From a virus (Duplodnaviria > Heunggongvirae > Uroviricota > Caudoviricetes): 64,000 bases of DNA. Each line of letters begins with the position of its first letter. Positions within the stretch are counted from its first letter, which is position 1. Under the pieces are notes generated by a model that had not been told where the DNA came from, ran no database searches, and worked only from the letters and a program-made list of their open reading frames with translations. The translations under genes and the position numbers were made by a program. The DNA is taken from positions 64,001-128,000 of the IMG/VR virus record IMGVR_UViG_3300002834_000024. The stretch is one strand, 5' to 3'. Shown here in pieces: positions 19,868 to 29,990 of the stretch.

Positions 19868-20833
19868 TTATTTTATAATTTTAAATTTCAATTGGTAATA
19901 CTTGTAAGTATATCCATTAATTAAACCATTATCATTACTTGTTCCAACATATCTATATGTATCCCCAATACTTGGTATATATAAGTTTGTTCCTATTTTA
20001 ATACAATTATACCCTCTCCATTGATAAATCTCAAAACCAGTACCACTGTTAACAATTCGTTTGACTTGTTCACCAGTTAAAGGTTGAGTTACAACATATC
20101 CAACAGATACTTGTGCATTAGTATTAAGATATACATAACCATCTATAATACCATTATCTTTTCTTTGGCGAACATCTGTAACAACAGTTAAAACTAAATT
20201 ACTTCTCATATACTCACCTTTGGTATTATGATATGATTGAATTATCATTTGATAATCATCCCCATCTCTATAATTCACACCATTTAAGTCAATAGAAGTT
20301 ACAAAATTCAACTTATTATATGGATTACTGGATGTAATGATATTGTATGGTGTTCGGATTGTATATGAACGTAACAAGTATGAACCACCATACCCGCTTT
20401 CAATCCAATTTGTTTTTTCAACAAAATTCATTTTACTAAAAGTCCATTTATCACCTTTTTGTAAACCACACATAATCATTTCATACTTGTCATAAGTTAC
20501 AAAACCTGGTAGATTAACAACCTCTTGATTTTTGGTAAACAATGCTTCAACTGGTTCATCAAAAAATGGAATAGTGTTTTTACCTTGCATTGTAAAAATT
20601 TGTTCTAATTGCATTGTAAATCCATTCGCAAAGTATGATTCCAATGTGGATAACTTACTACCATCAGATTTTGTTTGTGTGGTGGTTTTTGTTTCGGTTG
20701 GACAGTTTTTCTCACATTTTAACTCATCATCTATCCATTCAGGAACACATGAATTAAAAGAGATTAATAATAGAGCTAAAAGAGTTAGCCCTATTATTAA
20801 CCATACAGTTTTTTTTATTATTTTAGTTTTCAT
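19868..20833 (-). CDS. Putative lipoprotein (start re-assigned to ATG 20833)
   Basis: Basic N-region, hydrophobic stretch and FNS-C lipobox-like site. Confidence 0.55.
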   Translation of the reverse strand: MKTKIIKKTVWLIIGLTLLALLLISFNSCVPEWIDDELKCEKNCPTETKTTTQTKSDGSKLSTLESYFANGFTMQLEQIFTMQGKNTIPFFDEPVEALFTKNQEVVNLPGFVTYDKYEMIMCGLQKGDKWTFSKMNFVEKTNWIESGYGGSYLLRSYTIRTPYNIITSSNPYNKLNFVTSIDLNGVNYRDGDDYQMIIQSYHNTKGEYMRSNLVLTVVTDVRQRKDNGIIDGYVYLNTNAQVSVGYVVTQPLTGEQVKRIVNSGTGFEIYQWRGYNCIKIGTNLYIPSIGDTYRYVGTSNDNGLINGYTYKYYQLKFKIIK

Positions 20834-20834
20834 G

Positions 20835-21344
20835 TTAAAAGCACATACCAAGACTTACATAAAAACCAACTCGATTTAACTTTAAATCGCCAAAACTTTT
20901 TTGATAATAAAGTGTTGGTTCGATAAAAATATCATTTGTTAAACAAAATGTATAACCTAAATCAATCATTGAACTATTTTCATATGATTTATAGTTATCA
21001 TAAGTAATACCTTGATACCATAATCCAACAAACCACCAATTGACCCATTTTCTAACTCCAATGGTATAATCTAATGTTTTGGTTTTTGTACCATCAAGAT
21101 TTTCATAGCCGAAATTTAAACCTACTGTTGGGACAATGTTGTTTGCAACAGCGTAATAACCCATCAACCCCAATGATAAATTATCTGTTTTATCATTGAA
21201 AATACCTTTTGATATATCCAAACTGTTGAAGTTTGCAATAATACCCTTAGATCCTTTTGGATTTGCAATAATTGGTTCTTGACCAAAAGAATACACACTA
21301 ATTAACATTAAAGTTAATACCATCAAAAATTTTACTTTTCTCAT
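20835..21344 (-). CDS. Small outer-membrane beta-barrel protein
   Basis: Signal peptide, alternating aromatic beta-strands, DIFIEP motif, terminal Phe (GFYVSLGMCF). Confidence 0.75.
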   Translation of the reverse strand: MRKVKFLMVLTLMLISVYSFGQEPIIANPKGSKGIIANFNSLDISKGIFNDKTDNLSLGLMGYYAVANNIVPTVGLNFGYENLDGTKTKTLDYTIGVRKWVNWWFVGLWYQGITYDNYKSYENSSMIDLGYTFCLTNDIFIEPTLYYQKSFGDLKLNRVGFYVSLGMCF

Positions 21345-21376
21345 TTTACAAAAATTTTAATTATTAATAAATTTAA

Positions 21377-22282
21377 CTAACATATTTCATTCATAATATT
21401 ATCAATATAATCCACATAATTATGGAACTCAATTGTTTTTCGGATAGATGGTGTTCTTCTATCGAAATTTATGTCTATCACTTTGTGAATTGTACATGGA
21501 TTTGCGGTTAAAATATAGATTCTATTTGACATATATACATTTTCTTCAATGTTATGTCCAACATTCACAAATGTTCTGTTGAAATCTGTATGATTATAAC
21601 ATAAATTAACCAATGTATCCTGTAATTCTCTTTTCATTTTAATATCCAAACCTGAACTTGCTTCATCAAGTAGCAATATTTTGCTATTACAATTCAATGA
21701 CCTTGCAATAGCAACCCTTTGTTTTTGTCCACCCGATAATTGGTTTGGATATTTGTACGCATGTTGTTCCAATCCAACCAGTTTCAACATCTGCATGGTA
21801 CGTTCTTTTCTTTCTTTTTTTGAAACCCCATATAGTTCCAGTGGAATAGCAACATTATCAAATACATTTCGCCAAGGGTAACTACTGTAATTTTGAAAAA
21901 TTAATGGAACTGATTGATCTCTTTTTAAATCCATTCCATCTATTTGTACTTTTCCACTATCGGGTTCTATTAACCCAGCAATAAGATTTAGGATTGTACT
22001 TTTACCGCACCCAGATTGTCCCATTAAAGAAATAAATTGGGATTGATTCACAAAATCTTGAATTTTAAAATTAAAATTTTGAAAAACTGTATTTTTAGTT
22101 GTTGGTGTTTTAAATGTAAGACTAATATTATCAAGAGTGATTATATCTTGTCCCTCATTTACATTTGATTCTTCCAATACAGTTTCGGAAATATTAATAA
22201 TAGGTTTAATTTTTTCTTGAATATCATTCGGATTCGTATCAACAATTGGTTGTTGTTTAATTAAATCTTTGAAGCCAGCCAT
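21377..22282 (-). CDS. ABC transporter ATP-binding subunit (NitT/TauT-like)
   Basis: GQSGCGKST, LSGGQKQRVAIAR, ILLLDE, H-loop VGH. Confidence 0.95.
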   Translation of the reverse strand: MAGFKDLIKQQPIVDTNPNDIQEKIKPIINISETVLEESNVNEGQDIITLDNISLTFKTPTTKNTVFQNFNFKIQDFVNQSQFISLMGQSGCGKSTILNLIAGLIEPDSGKVQIDGMDLKRDQSVPLIFQNYSSYPWRNVFDNVAIPLELYGVSKKERKERTMQMLKLVGLEQHAYKYPNQLSGGQKQRVAIARSLNCNSKILLLDEASSGLDIKMKRELQDTLVNLCYNHTDFNRTFVNVGHNIEENVYMSNRIYILTANPCTIHKVIDINFDRRTPSIRKTIEFHNYVDYIDNIMNEIC

Positions 22283-22287
22283 TGTAA

Positions 22288-23223
22288 TTATTTTTTATCA
22301 GTTAGAAATAATGTTTTTAATTTGCTCCCAGAAATCCATTTTTTAATTAATGCTGGAAATTTTTTAATTGTTGTAAATAATCTACGGACTATTGACATTT
22401 TTTCATACTTGTATGGAAATAAGAATTTATCTATTTCTACTAATAAAAAGTTTTGAAATAACCCAATAGAAATTATAGAAAACAATACACCATAATATTC
22501 AGCCATAAGACCTTGCCTTCTCAATAGATGTAATAATCCACCAAGACCACCCTTATGATTTAATAATTCGATTATGATAATGTATGTGTATGATATTGCA
22601 GTAAGGATTATAATATCGCTGAAAACTCGACCCATTACATAAGGAAAATAAACTTTGGTAAATTTTTGATAATTATTTGCACCTAATGTCTTTATAGTTT
22701 GTAAATAGACAAAATCTTTGTCATTTTTAGGATTTTGTAAATCTTCAATTTTTTGAATAACAGCAGGTAATAATGACATAAAAATAGCAAATGCTAAAAA
22801 AGATGCTTTCATTCCAATACCAAGACCAAATGCTGTCATAAATATCCCAGTAATAGCAGGTGGCGGTAAATATCGCATTGCATCAGTGTATTTCTGAAAC
22901 ATTGATTTTGGTAATGGAAAAATACCTATCAAAAAACCTAATGGTAACGCAAATATTATAGCAAAAAAATATCCCCATAGATTTATTTTAACAGAATACC
23001 ATGCTTCCTTAGGTAAATTATGTTCAGTAAATAAATTACCAAAATTTTGAAATACTGAAATTGGGGATGGTAATATTTTTGGTGATATTAATGTACCATT
23101 TAATGTTACAAAATGCCATATTAACAATAGTACAAATGCACCAAAAATAGTGAATATCATATTTGTTTTATTATCTATGATACCTCCAAATTTTAATAAT
23201 TCTTTATAATTACTTTTTGCCAT
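22288..23223 (-). CDS. ABC transporter permease (NitT/TauT-like)
   Basis: ILPSPISV, multiple transmembrane segments, RYLPPPA, EAA-like TIKTLGA. Confidence 0.92.
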   Translation of the reverse strand: MAKSNYKELLKFGGIIDNKTNMIFTIFGAFVLLLIWHFVTLNGTLISPKILPSPISVFQNFGNLFTEHNLPKEAWYSVKINLWGYFFAIIFALPLGFLIGIFPLPKSMFQKYTDAMRYLPPPAITGIFMTAFGLGIGMKASFLAFAIFMSLLPAVIQKIEDLQNPKNDKDFVYLQTIKTLGANNYQKFTKVYFPYVMGRVFSDIIILTAISYTYIIIIELLNHKGGLGGLLHLLRRQGLMAEYYGVLFSIISIGLFQNFLLVEIDKFLFPYKYEKMSIVRRLFTTIKKFPALIKKWISGSKLKTLFLTDKK

Positions 23224-23246
23224 AAAATTGTCTTTTATATTTTATA

Positions 23247-23290
23247 CAAAGATAATAATTGTTTTATATACACAATAGATACTGGATGTT
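23247..23290 (-). promoter_or_regulatory. Promoter: AACATCCAGT box + 26 nt + TATCTTTG (-7)
   Basis: One of seven copies of the same architecture. Confidence 0.75.
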
Positions 23291-23292
23291 AA

Positions 23293-23333
23293 AAAAACTC
23301 TAGAAATATTTCAAAAACATTTCTAGAGTTTTT
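23293..23333 (-). terminator. 15-bp perfect hairpin after the SBP gene
   Basis: aaaaactctagaaat / atttctagagttttt. Confidence 0.75.
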
Positions 23334-23354
23334 ACATCATATCACTAATAGATA

Positions 23355-24974
23355 TTATTCAGCAACAAGTTGAAAATCTGTTGTACGATAATTCTTATCT
23401 GGTCCAACACTTCCTGCTGCAATAGCATGTTTACTACCATTTCCTTCAACAATAAATCTTGTTTTAGGGAAACCATGTTGTTTTACAAGATAATCAACAA
23501 CTGATTGCGCACGTCTTTTTGATAAATCTCGATTTAGTTCTGCAGAACCTGTATTATCCGTATTTCCTTCGACCCTAATATAATTTGTGAAATTTTTAGC
23601 AATTTCAACAAATTCGCTATCAATAATATATTGTGCATCACTATTCAAAATAGCACTATTTGTTGCAAATTCAATTACTACCTTTTTATTAGACAAGGCG
23701 GGTGCAGCAATTTCTCTTGCAGTTGGTGCTACATAACTTCTATCTTTTTCAGCACTTTGATCATTTGTTAATTTATGGTTATCCATAAGATATTCAATTA
23801 TTGAAGCATCCATAGTTCTTCCCCATCTTACAGGGCTTTTAACCATACCAACTTCTTCGCTACTATATATTCTTGCCATTCTTGAATATAATTGTTCGTA
23901 TGTAATTCCGTTATAATTCGGATTCAATCCAAAGAAATTAATATTATCGCCAAGTGTTGAAAATCTAAGAACATCTCTTATACTTGAAACAATCTTTCCA
24001 TTATTATCCAATTCACAAATAAATTCTTTATCAACGCCAAATCCTTTTGCAAATGTTTCTGCTGCACCTTTCAAAAATACATCATTTGTTGCTAATTCGA
24101 CATTTGCGTATAAAATAGCTTCTGTTAATTTGACAATTTTTTCCCTATTCTTTTCGATATAACTTTCTTTTGCAAGATAAGCATCTACAATAAGATTAGG
24201 TGCTTGCTTTGTTGAAAAAAATACTTTTGCGCCAGGTATGTTTTTAACCAAATCAACATCATCAGGACTATAAACAAGAGCTGCATTTGCTTGACGAGAT
24301 TTCATTACTTCTGCTGCATCCATACCATTATCAACTTTTGTTAGTTTTCCATCAACAAACCATTCCGCTAAAGTAACATCATTTCCTTTTGCACCACTTG
24401 TTGCCAATACTTCAAGTAAAAGGGAATGACCAGCTTGTCCAAGAGGAAATGCTACTTTTTTCTTTAATAAATCAGCAACACTGTTTATTGTTGCATCAAC
24501 AACCAAAGCATCAGCACCACGAGAACGATTAGCATCAACAAATGCTCTTGTATCTAACATAACACTACCCTCGCCCATCTCAATCGGGCGTACATCAATT
24601 GTCCCAAAAATAACATCAATAAGGCCAGCTTTAAATGCCTCTCTATCATTTTCTACAATTTCAAATTTCAACTTAATACCAAACCTTTTGTAAATTTCTG
24701 AATTTTCATTTGGTTCCATTCCACCATTCAAATACACAATCGGTGCATGACCACCATATGTATCTACACCAATCGTAATATAGTCTTTCGACCCACTTTT
24801 ATTTGTAAAAAGGTTACTTAAAAAATTGCTTGATTTTTCTTTATCAACAGCTTGTGTTACCTCTTTATTTTCTCCTGGCAGTTCTACTTTACCACCACCC
24901 ATTTTAATTAGCATAAACGCTATACCAAGCACTGCTAACGTAATTCCAAAAATTTTTACCCACGGTCTTACCAT
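23355..24974 (-). CDS. ABC substrate-binding protein (NMT1/SsuA-like) fused to an OmpA C-terminal domain
   Basis: N-terminal membrane anchor; SRGADALVV...INSVADL..KKVAF; C-terminal IRVEGNTDNTG...NRDLSKRRAQSVVDYL...YRTTDF. Confidence 0.85.
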   Translation of the reverse strand: MVRPWVKIFGITLAVLGIAFMLIKMGGGKVELPGENKEVTQAVDKEKSSNFLSNLFTNKSGSKDYITIGVDTYGGHAPIVYLNGGMEPNENSEIYKRFGIKLKFEIVENDREAFKAGLIDVIFGTIDVRPIEMGEGSVMLDTRAFVDANRSRGADALVVDATINSVADLLKKKVAFPLGQAGHSLLLEVLATSGAKGNDVTLAEWFVDGKLTKVDNGMDAAEVMKSRQANAALVYSPDDVDLVKNIPGAKVFFSTKQAPNLIVDAYLAKESYIEKNREKIVKLTEAILYANVELATNDVFLKGAAETFAKGFGVDKEFICELDNNGKIVSSIRDVLRFSTLGDNINFFGLNPNYNGITYEQLYSRMARIYSSEEVGMVKSPVRWGRTMDASIIEYLMDNHKLTNDQSAEKDRSYVAPTAREIAAPALSNKKVVIEFATNSAILNSDAQYIIDSEFVEIAKNFTNYIRVEGNTDNTGSAELNRDLSKRRAQSVVDYLVKQHGFPKTRFIVEGNGSKHAIAAGSVGPDKNYRTTDFQLVAE

Positions 24975-25011
24975 AATTTTAAACTTTAATAATGATTAAT
25001 ATTTTTTTTAT

Positions 25012-26118
25012 TTAATTTTGTTCATCAGGAAAAAATCTACTTTTTAACCTTTTTGGCTGTTCTTCATTTGCATAATTAGCCAAAATTGGTTCAGCTTCTC
25101 TACGAGATTGAAATACTTCAATATATGGAGTGTTTATATGATTTTCTATCATTTTAACACTGTTATCACCAAAGTTTTCAAACATTCCATCCAAACCATA
25201 TTGGTCATACTTTGAAATAATTTCACTTGCTTGTTTGGATGTTAGAAGTTTATTCATGTCATACTGATCCATTAAACCGCCAGCAGAATCTATAATAAAT
25301 TCCATTTCACCAATCTTATTGCTCATATCTTTCGCCATGAACTCCATAGCATCCATGAATAATGCAGCCTCATCAGGATCACCTTTTATTACAGACATGA
25401 TACTCTTAAATGTGGCATGTTGTAATTTTATCTGGTCATATTGTTCTGTTCTTATTTCTACCTGAAACTCGGTATCCTGAACAGTAAGATCAGCCATCTC
25501 ATACAATTTGGTTAAAATATCTTGCCATTTATTAGATTGTGCGAGATTTTCTTTGTAAGTATTTATGAGATCAGATAAACTTTTAACCTTATTACCAACA
25601 ACTTGGGCTGCCTTTTCTTTATCTTTACCCTGTGCGATATAGATTTTATATTCCTGAATAGCCGTATCAAATTCGTCAGATCGTTGTTTAAGTTTTCGTT
25701 CAATTTCCTTAATTGAACCTTTTAACTTTCCAAGAAGTTGTTGAATTTTAGTCATCTTTTCTTTTAAAATTACAATTCTTCGTTTTACAATAGCAACAGG
25801 ATTTGTCTGAACAAAAACACCCCACAATTTTCTCATAAACATGAAATAACTAACAGATACCATTCGTCTAATATCCTTATTAGTTAATAACCACAAAATA
25901 CCTGCAATTGCCACACATAATCCAATTAAGGTTAGCAAATTTGATGCAAGTGTTATCAGCCATGGTAAAATTTTATATAATACCATTAAGGCACCAGCTC
26001 CAAGCAAACCAGCAAAAACCATTCCGAGTTTGCCACCTGGTTTTTCCCAATTGCTCATCTTGATTTTATTGTTTGCAATGGGATTTGAAGAAAGATTAAA
26101 AGGAACTAAATCATTCAT
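25012..26118 (-). CDS. Membrane-anchored coiled-coil protein (PspA/IM30-like architecture)
   Basis: Two N-terminal transmembrane helices followed by long heptad-rich helices. Confidence 0.5.
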   Translation of the reverse strand: MNDLVPFNLSSNPIANNKIKMSNWEKPGGKLGMVFAGLLGAGALMVLYKILPWLITLASNLLTLIGLCVAIAGILWLLTNKDIRRMVSVSYFMFMRKLWGVFVQTNPVAIVKRRIVILKEKMTKIQQLLGKLKGSIKEIERKLKQRSDEFDTAIQEYKIYIAQGKDKEKAAQVVGNKVKSLSDLINTYKENLAQSNKWQDILTKLYEMADLTVQDTEFQVEIRTEQYDQIKLQHATFKSIMSVIKGDPDEAALFMDAMEFMAKDMSNKIGEMEFIIDSAGGLMDQYDMNKLLTSKQASEIISKYDQYGLDGMFENFGDNSVKMIENHINTPYIEVFQSRREAEPILANYANEEQPKRLKSRFFPDEQN

Positions 26119-26142
26119 TTGTTTTAATTTTTATTGTTTATA

Positions 26143-26865
26143 CTAATTTACATTTGCTAATGCGTTTAAAATGTTATTTTTATCACCATTCAATAAATCT
26201 TTCATATGATTAATAGTGGCAATCAAATCACTTTCTTTTTTTCTAATATTGACAGATGCACTTTCAACATTATTCTTTATTGTGGAAACTTCTGTTTCTT
26301 TATTTGAAATTTTGGCAAAGATTTCTTCATGTTGTTTTTTTAATTCTATAATTTCATTGTTAATTTCTTGTATTTTGGACAAAGGTATATCAACTTTAAG
26401 TCTTTTTTCTTCTGAAATAATATTCTTTTCAGCATCTTTTTGTTCCATAATAAGTTTCAAGTAATGATCAACTGAACTACTAATAACTGCTTTGTTAAAA
26501 CTTGGAGAATGTGATTTGAGATTAATATAAGCCGCTTTAATTAATTCTTCTTCTTTTGCAGAGGTTAAAATTTCTCTTAATTGATCTACATTCTTTTTTA
26601 AATCCAAATAATTGGTTGTTTTTAACGCACTTTCATCAATTATTTTACATAATTCAGTAAAAATATTCTCATCAATTTCACCATTTACATTAGATGGTGG
26701 TTGAATATTATCATCCACAGGTTGTTTCTTTCTTGGTTGAGAAACAAATTGTGGCTGGTACGCAATTGTAGTATTAACAGGAATACTACTTTCAGTTTTC
26801 TTGGGATTTGATGTTGCTTTATCATCAACAAAAACTGCATTTTTTAAAAATTGACCTAAACCCAT
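26143..26865 (-). CDS. Coiled-coil hypothetical protein, first gene of the transporter operon
   Basis: C-terminal heptad repeats; co-oriented and tightly linked. Confidence 0.55.
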   Translation of the reverse strand: MGLGQFLKNAVFVDDKATSNPKKTESSIPVNTTIAYQPQFVSQPRKKQPVDDNIQPPSNVNGEIDENIFTELCKIIDESALKTTNYLDLKKNVDQLREILTSAKEEELIKAAYINLKSHSPSFNKAVISSSVDHYLKLIMEQKDAEKNIISEEKRLKVDIPLSKIQEINNEIIELKKQHEEIFAKISNKETEVSTIKNNVESASVNIRKKESDLIATINHMKDLLNGDKNNILNALANVN

Positions 26866-26884
26866 TGTGATTTTGTTTAATTAT

Positions 26885-27214
26885 TTAACTATATTTTTCT
26901 TTAAAGATATTCTTTTTTATTTGTAATTTAATAACATATATAATACGCCTTAATAACCAATCTTTTTTATTATTGTATGTTTTTCCACAATATATCCAAC
27001 CTTGATGGAACACAAATTTATTTTTGCCAACTGTTTTATGATCATTTAAAACAAATGCAGGAAATTTACCACTACCAAAACAATATTTACATCGGTCTTT
27101 GCAAGCAACCGAACCACACATATAGTCTTGTTCATTAAATGGACATTCATTTAAGCAATCAAAATCAATTCCATCATCAGTGGTATTATATAATATTTTA
27201 ATAAGTTTCTTCAT
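26885..27214 (-). CDS. Cys-rich hypothetical protein
   Basis: CLNECP, CGSVACKDRCKYC. Confidence 0.55.
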   Translation of the reverse strand: MKKLIKILYNTTDDGIDFDCLNECPFNEQDYMCGSVACKDRCKYCFGSGKFPAFVLNDHKTVGKNKFVFHQGWIYCGKTYNNKKDWLLRRIIYVIKLQIKKNIFKEKYS

Positions 27215-27218
27215 ATTG

Positions 27219-27488
27219 TTAAAGATTTTTAATTACTTTTTCCTTGTATCCGACTAATTGTTTAAATCGTCTTAAATTTCTAAAATCTTCTCCATGATTT
27301 ATATATAGGTAATTAGTACCATGAATACTATGTTGGTTTGTATCATAGAATAAAGAAGTGTCTGTTTCATCAACATAAATTCTTTCTAAATTTATATTTC
27401 TTCCATCATCATTGATTAATACAATGTCATTCATTTTTTCTTTTTCGGACATTTGATCAATTATATCCCTAAGTTCATTCCAAGTCAT
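27219..27488 (-). CDS. Hypothetical protein
   Basis: Tightly packed ORF with ATG start. Confidence 0.55.
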   Translation of the reverse strand: MTWNELRDIIDQMSEKEKMNDIVLINDDGRNINLERIYVDETDTSLFYDTNQHSIHGTNYLYINHGEDFRNLRRFKQLVGYKEKVIKNL

Positions 27489-27490
27489 GA

Positions 27491-27748
27491 TTATTTATTT
27501 TTATTAGTGTTACATTCACAATCTGGATCATGTACTATCCCAAAATCAAAAGAATAAAAATTATTTTTTTTCTTAAATGAAATGTACTTGTGATTTTTAT
27601 ACTCAAAATGATGAGTGGACATTTCTGTTTGGGTATCATAGGTTACAGTTTTTTTATCAAATGCACCATATCCCCATAAACAAAAAACCACAACAATAAT
27701 CATCACTATACCATTAAATACACCACCAAAAACTCGTCCTCGTCTCAT
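27491..27748 (-). CDS. Small single-transmembrane protein
   Basis: N-terminal hydrophobic helix; HKYISF...GIVHDPDCEC. Confidence 0.55.
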   Translation of the reverse strand: MRRGRVFGGVFNGIVMIIVVVFCLWGYGAFDKKTVTYDTQTEMSTHHFEYKNHKYISFKKKNNFYSFDFGIVHDPDCECNTNKNK

Positions 27749-27779
27749 ATAAATTAAAATTAAATTGTTAATAATACAG

Positions 27780-27822
27780 CAAAAATAATAAAACTTAAAT
27801 AAAAAATATTTTACTGGATGTT
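27780..27822 (-). promoter_or_regulatory. Promoter: AACATCCAGT + 25 nt + TATTTTTG
   Basis: Conserved architecture. Confidence 0.75.
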
Positions 27823-28627
27823 AAAATCTGATTTCATTTACAGTTTCACATTCACAGGTAAAAAACTTTATATTTTCTTTATCATATTCTATATTGTGCA
27901 TATGAAAATGACCATAAACCCATGTTAAAATACATTTTTGGTCAGTTATAAGATGATTGTATATCTGTGTCATATTACCTCTTTCAATATTCAAATCTTC
28001 TTCAAGATATGGATCTCTTGCTATCCAGCCTTTAACACCAACCTTTGAGGTTGGAAATATAAAATCAGGGCAAGAATGAGTTGCAACCATATGAATAAAT
28101 GATGGAAATTGTTTATTTATTTCATCTAATTTAAACTCATTATAAACAACATTTTCATTTTCCCAATAAATTGGTCTAATTTCACTTTTAAATGAATGAT
28201 GTTGAAAATTTTTTGACATTTCATTTAATCTATCAAGTCTATCAATGGATATTCCTCCACCAATACATAATATGTTAAATCTGTCATTTAATGTAACAAT
28301 AGTATAATCAGGTATTACATGAATATGTGAAAATTTTTCAAATAGTTTATTTTTTTTCCCATTAAAATATTCCGGCGAATCATGGTTCCCACGAAACATT
28401 ATAATATGATTATTTTGTTTTTTGAACTTAGTATTTAGACGTTTAAATAATTGGAGATAATATTCATCTTTATGAAAACCTATACCACAATCACCTAACA
28501 CAATATTAACAGAGTTTTCAATGAGATAACGTCTGTTAATATTGTATTCTAATGTTTCAAACTTTCCATGAATATCACCTACCACATTCAAGATTTCTAC
28601 ATCACTAAATGTCAAAACATTAACCAT
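27821..28627 (-). CDS. Calcineurin-like metallophosphoesterase
   Basis: GDIHG, GDCG, RGNHD, THS and GHFH motifs. Confidence 0.9.
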   Translation of the reverse strand: MVNVLTFSDVEILNVVGDIHGKFETLEYNINRRYLIENSVNIVLGDCGIGFHKDEYYLQLFKRLNTKFKKQNNHIIMFRGNHDSPEYFNGKKNKLFEKFSHIHVIPDYTIVTLNDRFNILCIGGGISIDRLDRLNEMSKNFQHHSFKSEIRPIYWENENVVYNEFKLDEINKQFPSFIHMVATHSCPDFIFPTSKVGVKGWIARDPYLEEDLNIERGNMTQIYNHLITDQKCILTWVYGHFHMHNIEYDKENIKFFTCECETVNEIRF

Positions 28628-28628
28628 T

Positions 28629-28739
28629 TCAATTAGATGATTGAATGTAAGTATTGTTTCCTCTTTTGTTTATACCAATAAGGTATCCAATGATTAATCC
28701 AATAACAACACCAAAACCAAATAAAGCTACAAATCCCAT
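28629..28739 (-). CDS. Unlisted 36-aa single-transmembrane peptide (MGFVALFGFGVVIGLIIGYLIGINKRGNNTYIQSSN)
   Basis: Translated by hand; fills the gap between co-oriented genes, and its stop lies 1 nt before the next ATG. Confidence 0.65.
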   Translation of the reverse strand: MGFVALFGFGVVIGLIIGYLIGINKRGNNTYIQSSN

Positions 28740-28759
28740 AATTTCTATATATTTAAAAG

Positions 28760-29911
28760 TTAATAATTTCTATATACAATTAATTCATGTGCCTCATGAC
28801 TATATGGAAAATCCATTTCACGTTGCATTTTATCAATTTGTGATGATTGTATTTGACCGTTTCTCCTAATAATATTATTTTCTTTAGAGGTTTCGACATA
28901 CACAATAACAATTTTTGCATTATATTTTTTAAATACTTTGATAGAATTGATAAATTCATCACGATACTTTTTTCTGATATTCAAGTTATCATAAACAAAT
29001 GATTGACAATTTCGACACATTTCTTTCACTTGTTCATTTATAATTCTCGAAACAGCATCTTCCTGATTTTTATCTCCCTTTAATTTACCATCCTTTTCAA
29101 TGTATCCAAGTTGTATTCTTACTAAATCTCTTGAAATTATTGGGTACTCTTTTAGAAATTTACTTGAATATGTGGATTTTCCAGATCCAGCAACTCCGCA
29201 CATAAGATAAACTGTAAAATCAAAATTATGACTATATTGATTTGTTTTTTCATATGTATTAGTGTTATCTTTAAAGTAATTGAATTTTACTTGATCACTA
29301 AAAAATTTATAAGGATTATCAAAACAATCAAGTAATATTGATTTCAATTTTAAATCTTCACACTTTTGAATTTCCAATTCTCTATATGGACCAAGAGCTC
29401 CAGTCCTATCACATTTATCCAAAAGATATAATAATTTACAATTGGAATTATGAGATATTTCAATGATTATTTTTTCAATCAACGAATCATCCTTATCTAT
29501 AAAATGTTTCGGTTTCATATGATATTTAATTAAGGAACATATCATTTCCCGAACTTTATAAGGTTCATCCCAAAGTAAATATCTTGTTATTTTTTCACCA
29601 ACAACAGAATGGTATGGCGCAGAATAGTTTATTCCATCTTCATCCAATTTGTTACATACACCTTTACCAATATCATGAAACAAAGCAGCCCCAACCAAAC
29701 ATAGTTTTTCAAAACTATTTAAGTTGTTCCATTCTGGTAATTTATAAACTTCATTTACAGTTAAAACGGTATGGTTTAAAGAATTACCTTCGGTGTGCCA
29801 ATCAGCATGATAACCACCGCCTTCCAATTTCAAAAATTCAGGCATCTTCATAACTTCAACCCAATTAACTTTGAAGTTTAAATTATCTATTAGTTTATTT
29901 AAAAGTGTCAT
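28760..29911 (-). CDS. HD-domain + P-loop kinase (AAA_33/PNK-like) fusion; start re-assigned to ATG 29911
   Basis: WHTEGNSLNHT...ALFHDIGK (HD); MCGVAGSGKST, ISRD and YDNLN (kinase). Confidence 0.85.
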   Translation of the reverse strand: MTLLNKLIDNLNFKVNWVEVMKMPEFLKLEGGGYHADWHTEGNSLNHTVLTVNEVYKLPEWNNLNSFEKLCLVGAALFHDIGKGVCNKLDEDGINYSAPYHSVVGEKITRYLLWDEPYKVREMICSLIKYHMKPKHFIDKDDSLIEKIIIEISHNSNCKLLYLLDKCDRTGALGPYRELEIQKCEDLKLKSILLDCFDNPYKFFSDQVKFNYFKDNTNTYEKTNQYSHNFDFTVYLMCGVAGSGKSTYSSKFLKEYPIISRDLVRIQLGYIEKDGKLKGDKNQEDAVSRIINEQVKEMCRNCQSFVYDNLNIRKKYRDEFINSIKVFKKYNAKIVIVYVETSKENNIIRRNGQIQSSQIDKMQREMDFPYSHEAHELIVYRNY

Positions 29912-29938
29912 ATCAATAAAATGAAAAATTATATAACT

Positions 29939-29981
29939 CAAAGGTACAAAAATTTAAGTTATATAATTTTTACTGGATGTT
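29939..29981 (-). promoter_or_regulatory. Promoter: AACATCCAGT + 25 nt + TACCTTTG
   Basis: Conserved architecture; overlaps the listed TTG start, which supports the downstream ATG. Confidence 0.75.
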
Positions 29982-29990
29982 AAAAATGTT

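Noticed and set aside
28654-28869. Plus-strand 71-aa ORF
   Set aside because: It is the shadow of the better-supported minus-strand transmembrane peptide and HD-kinase end
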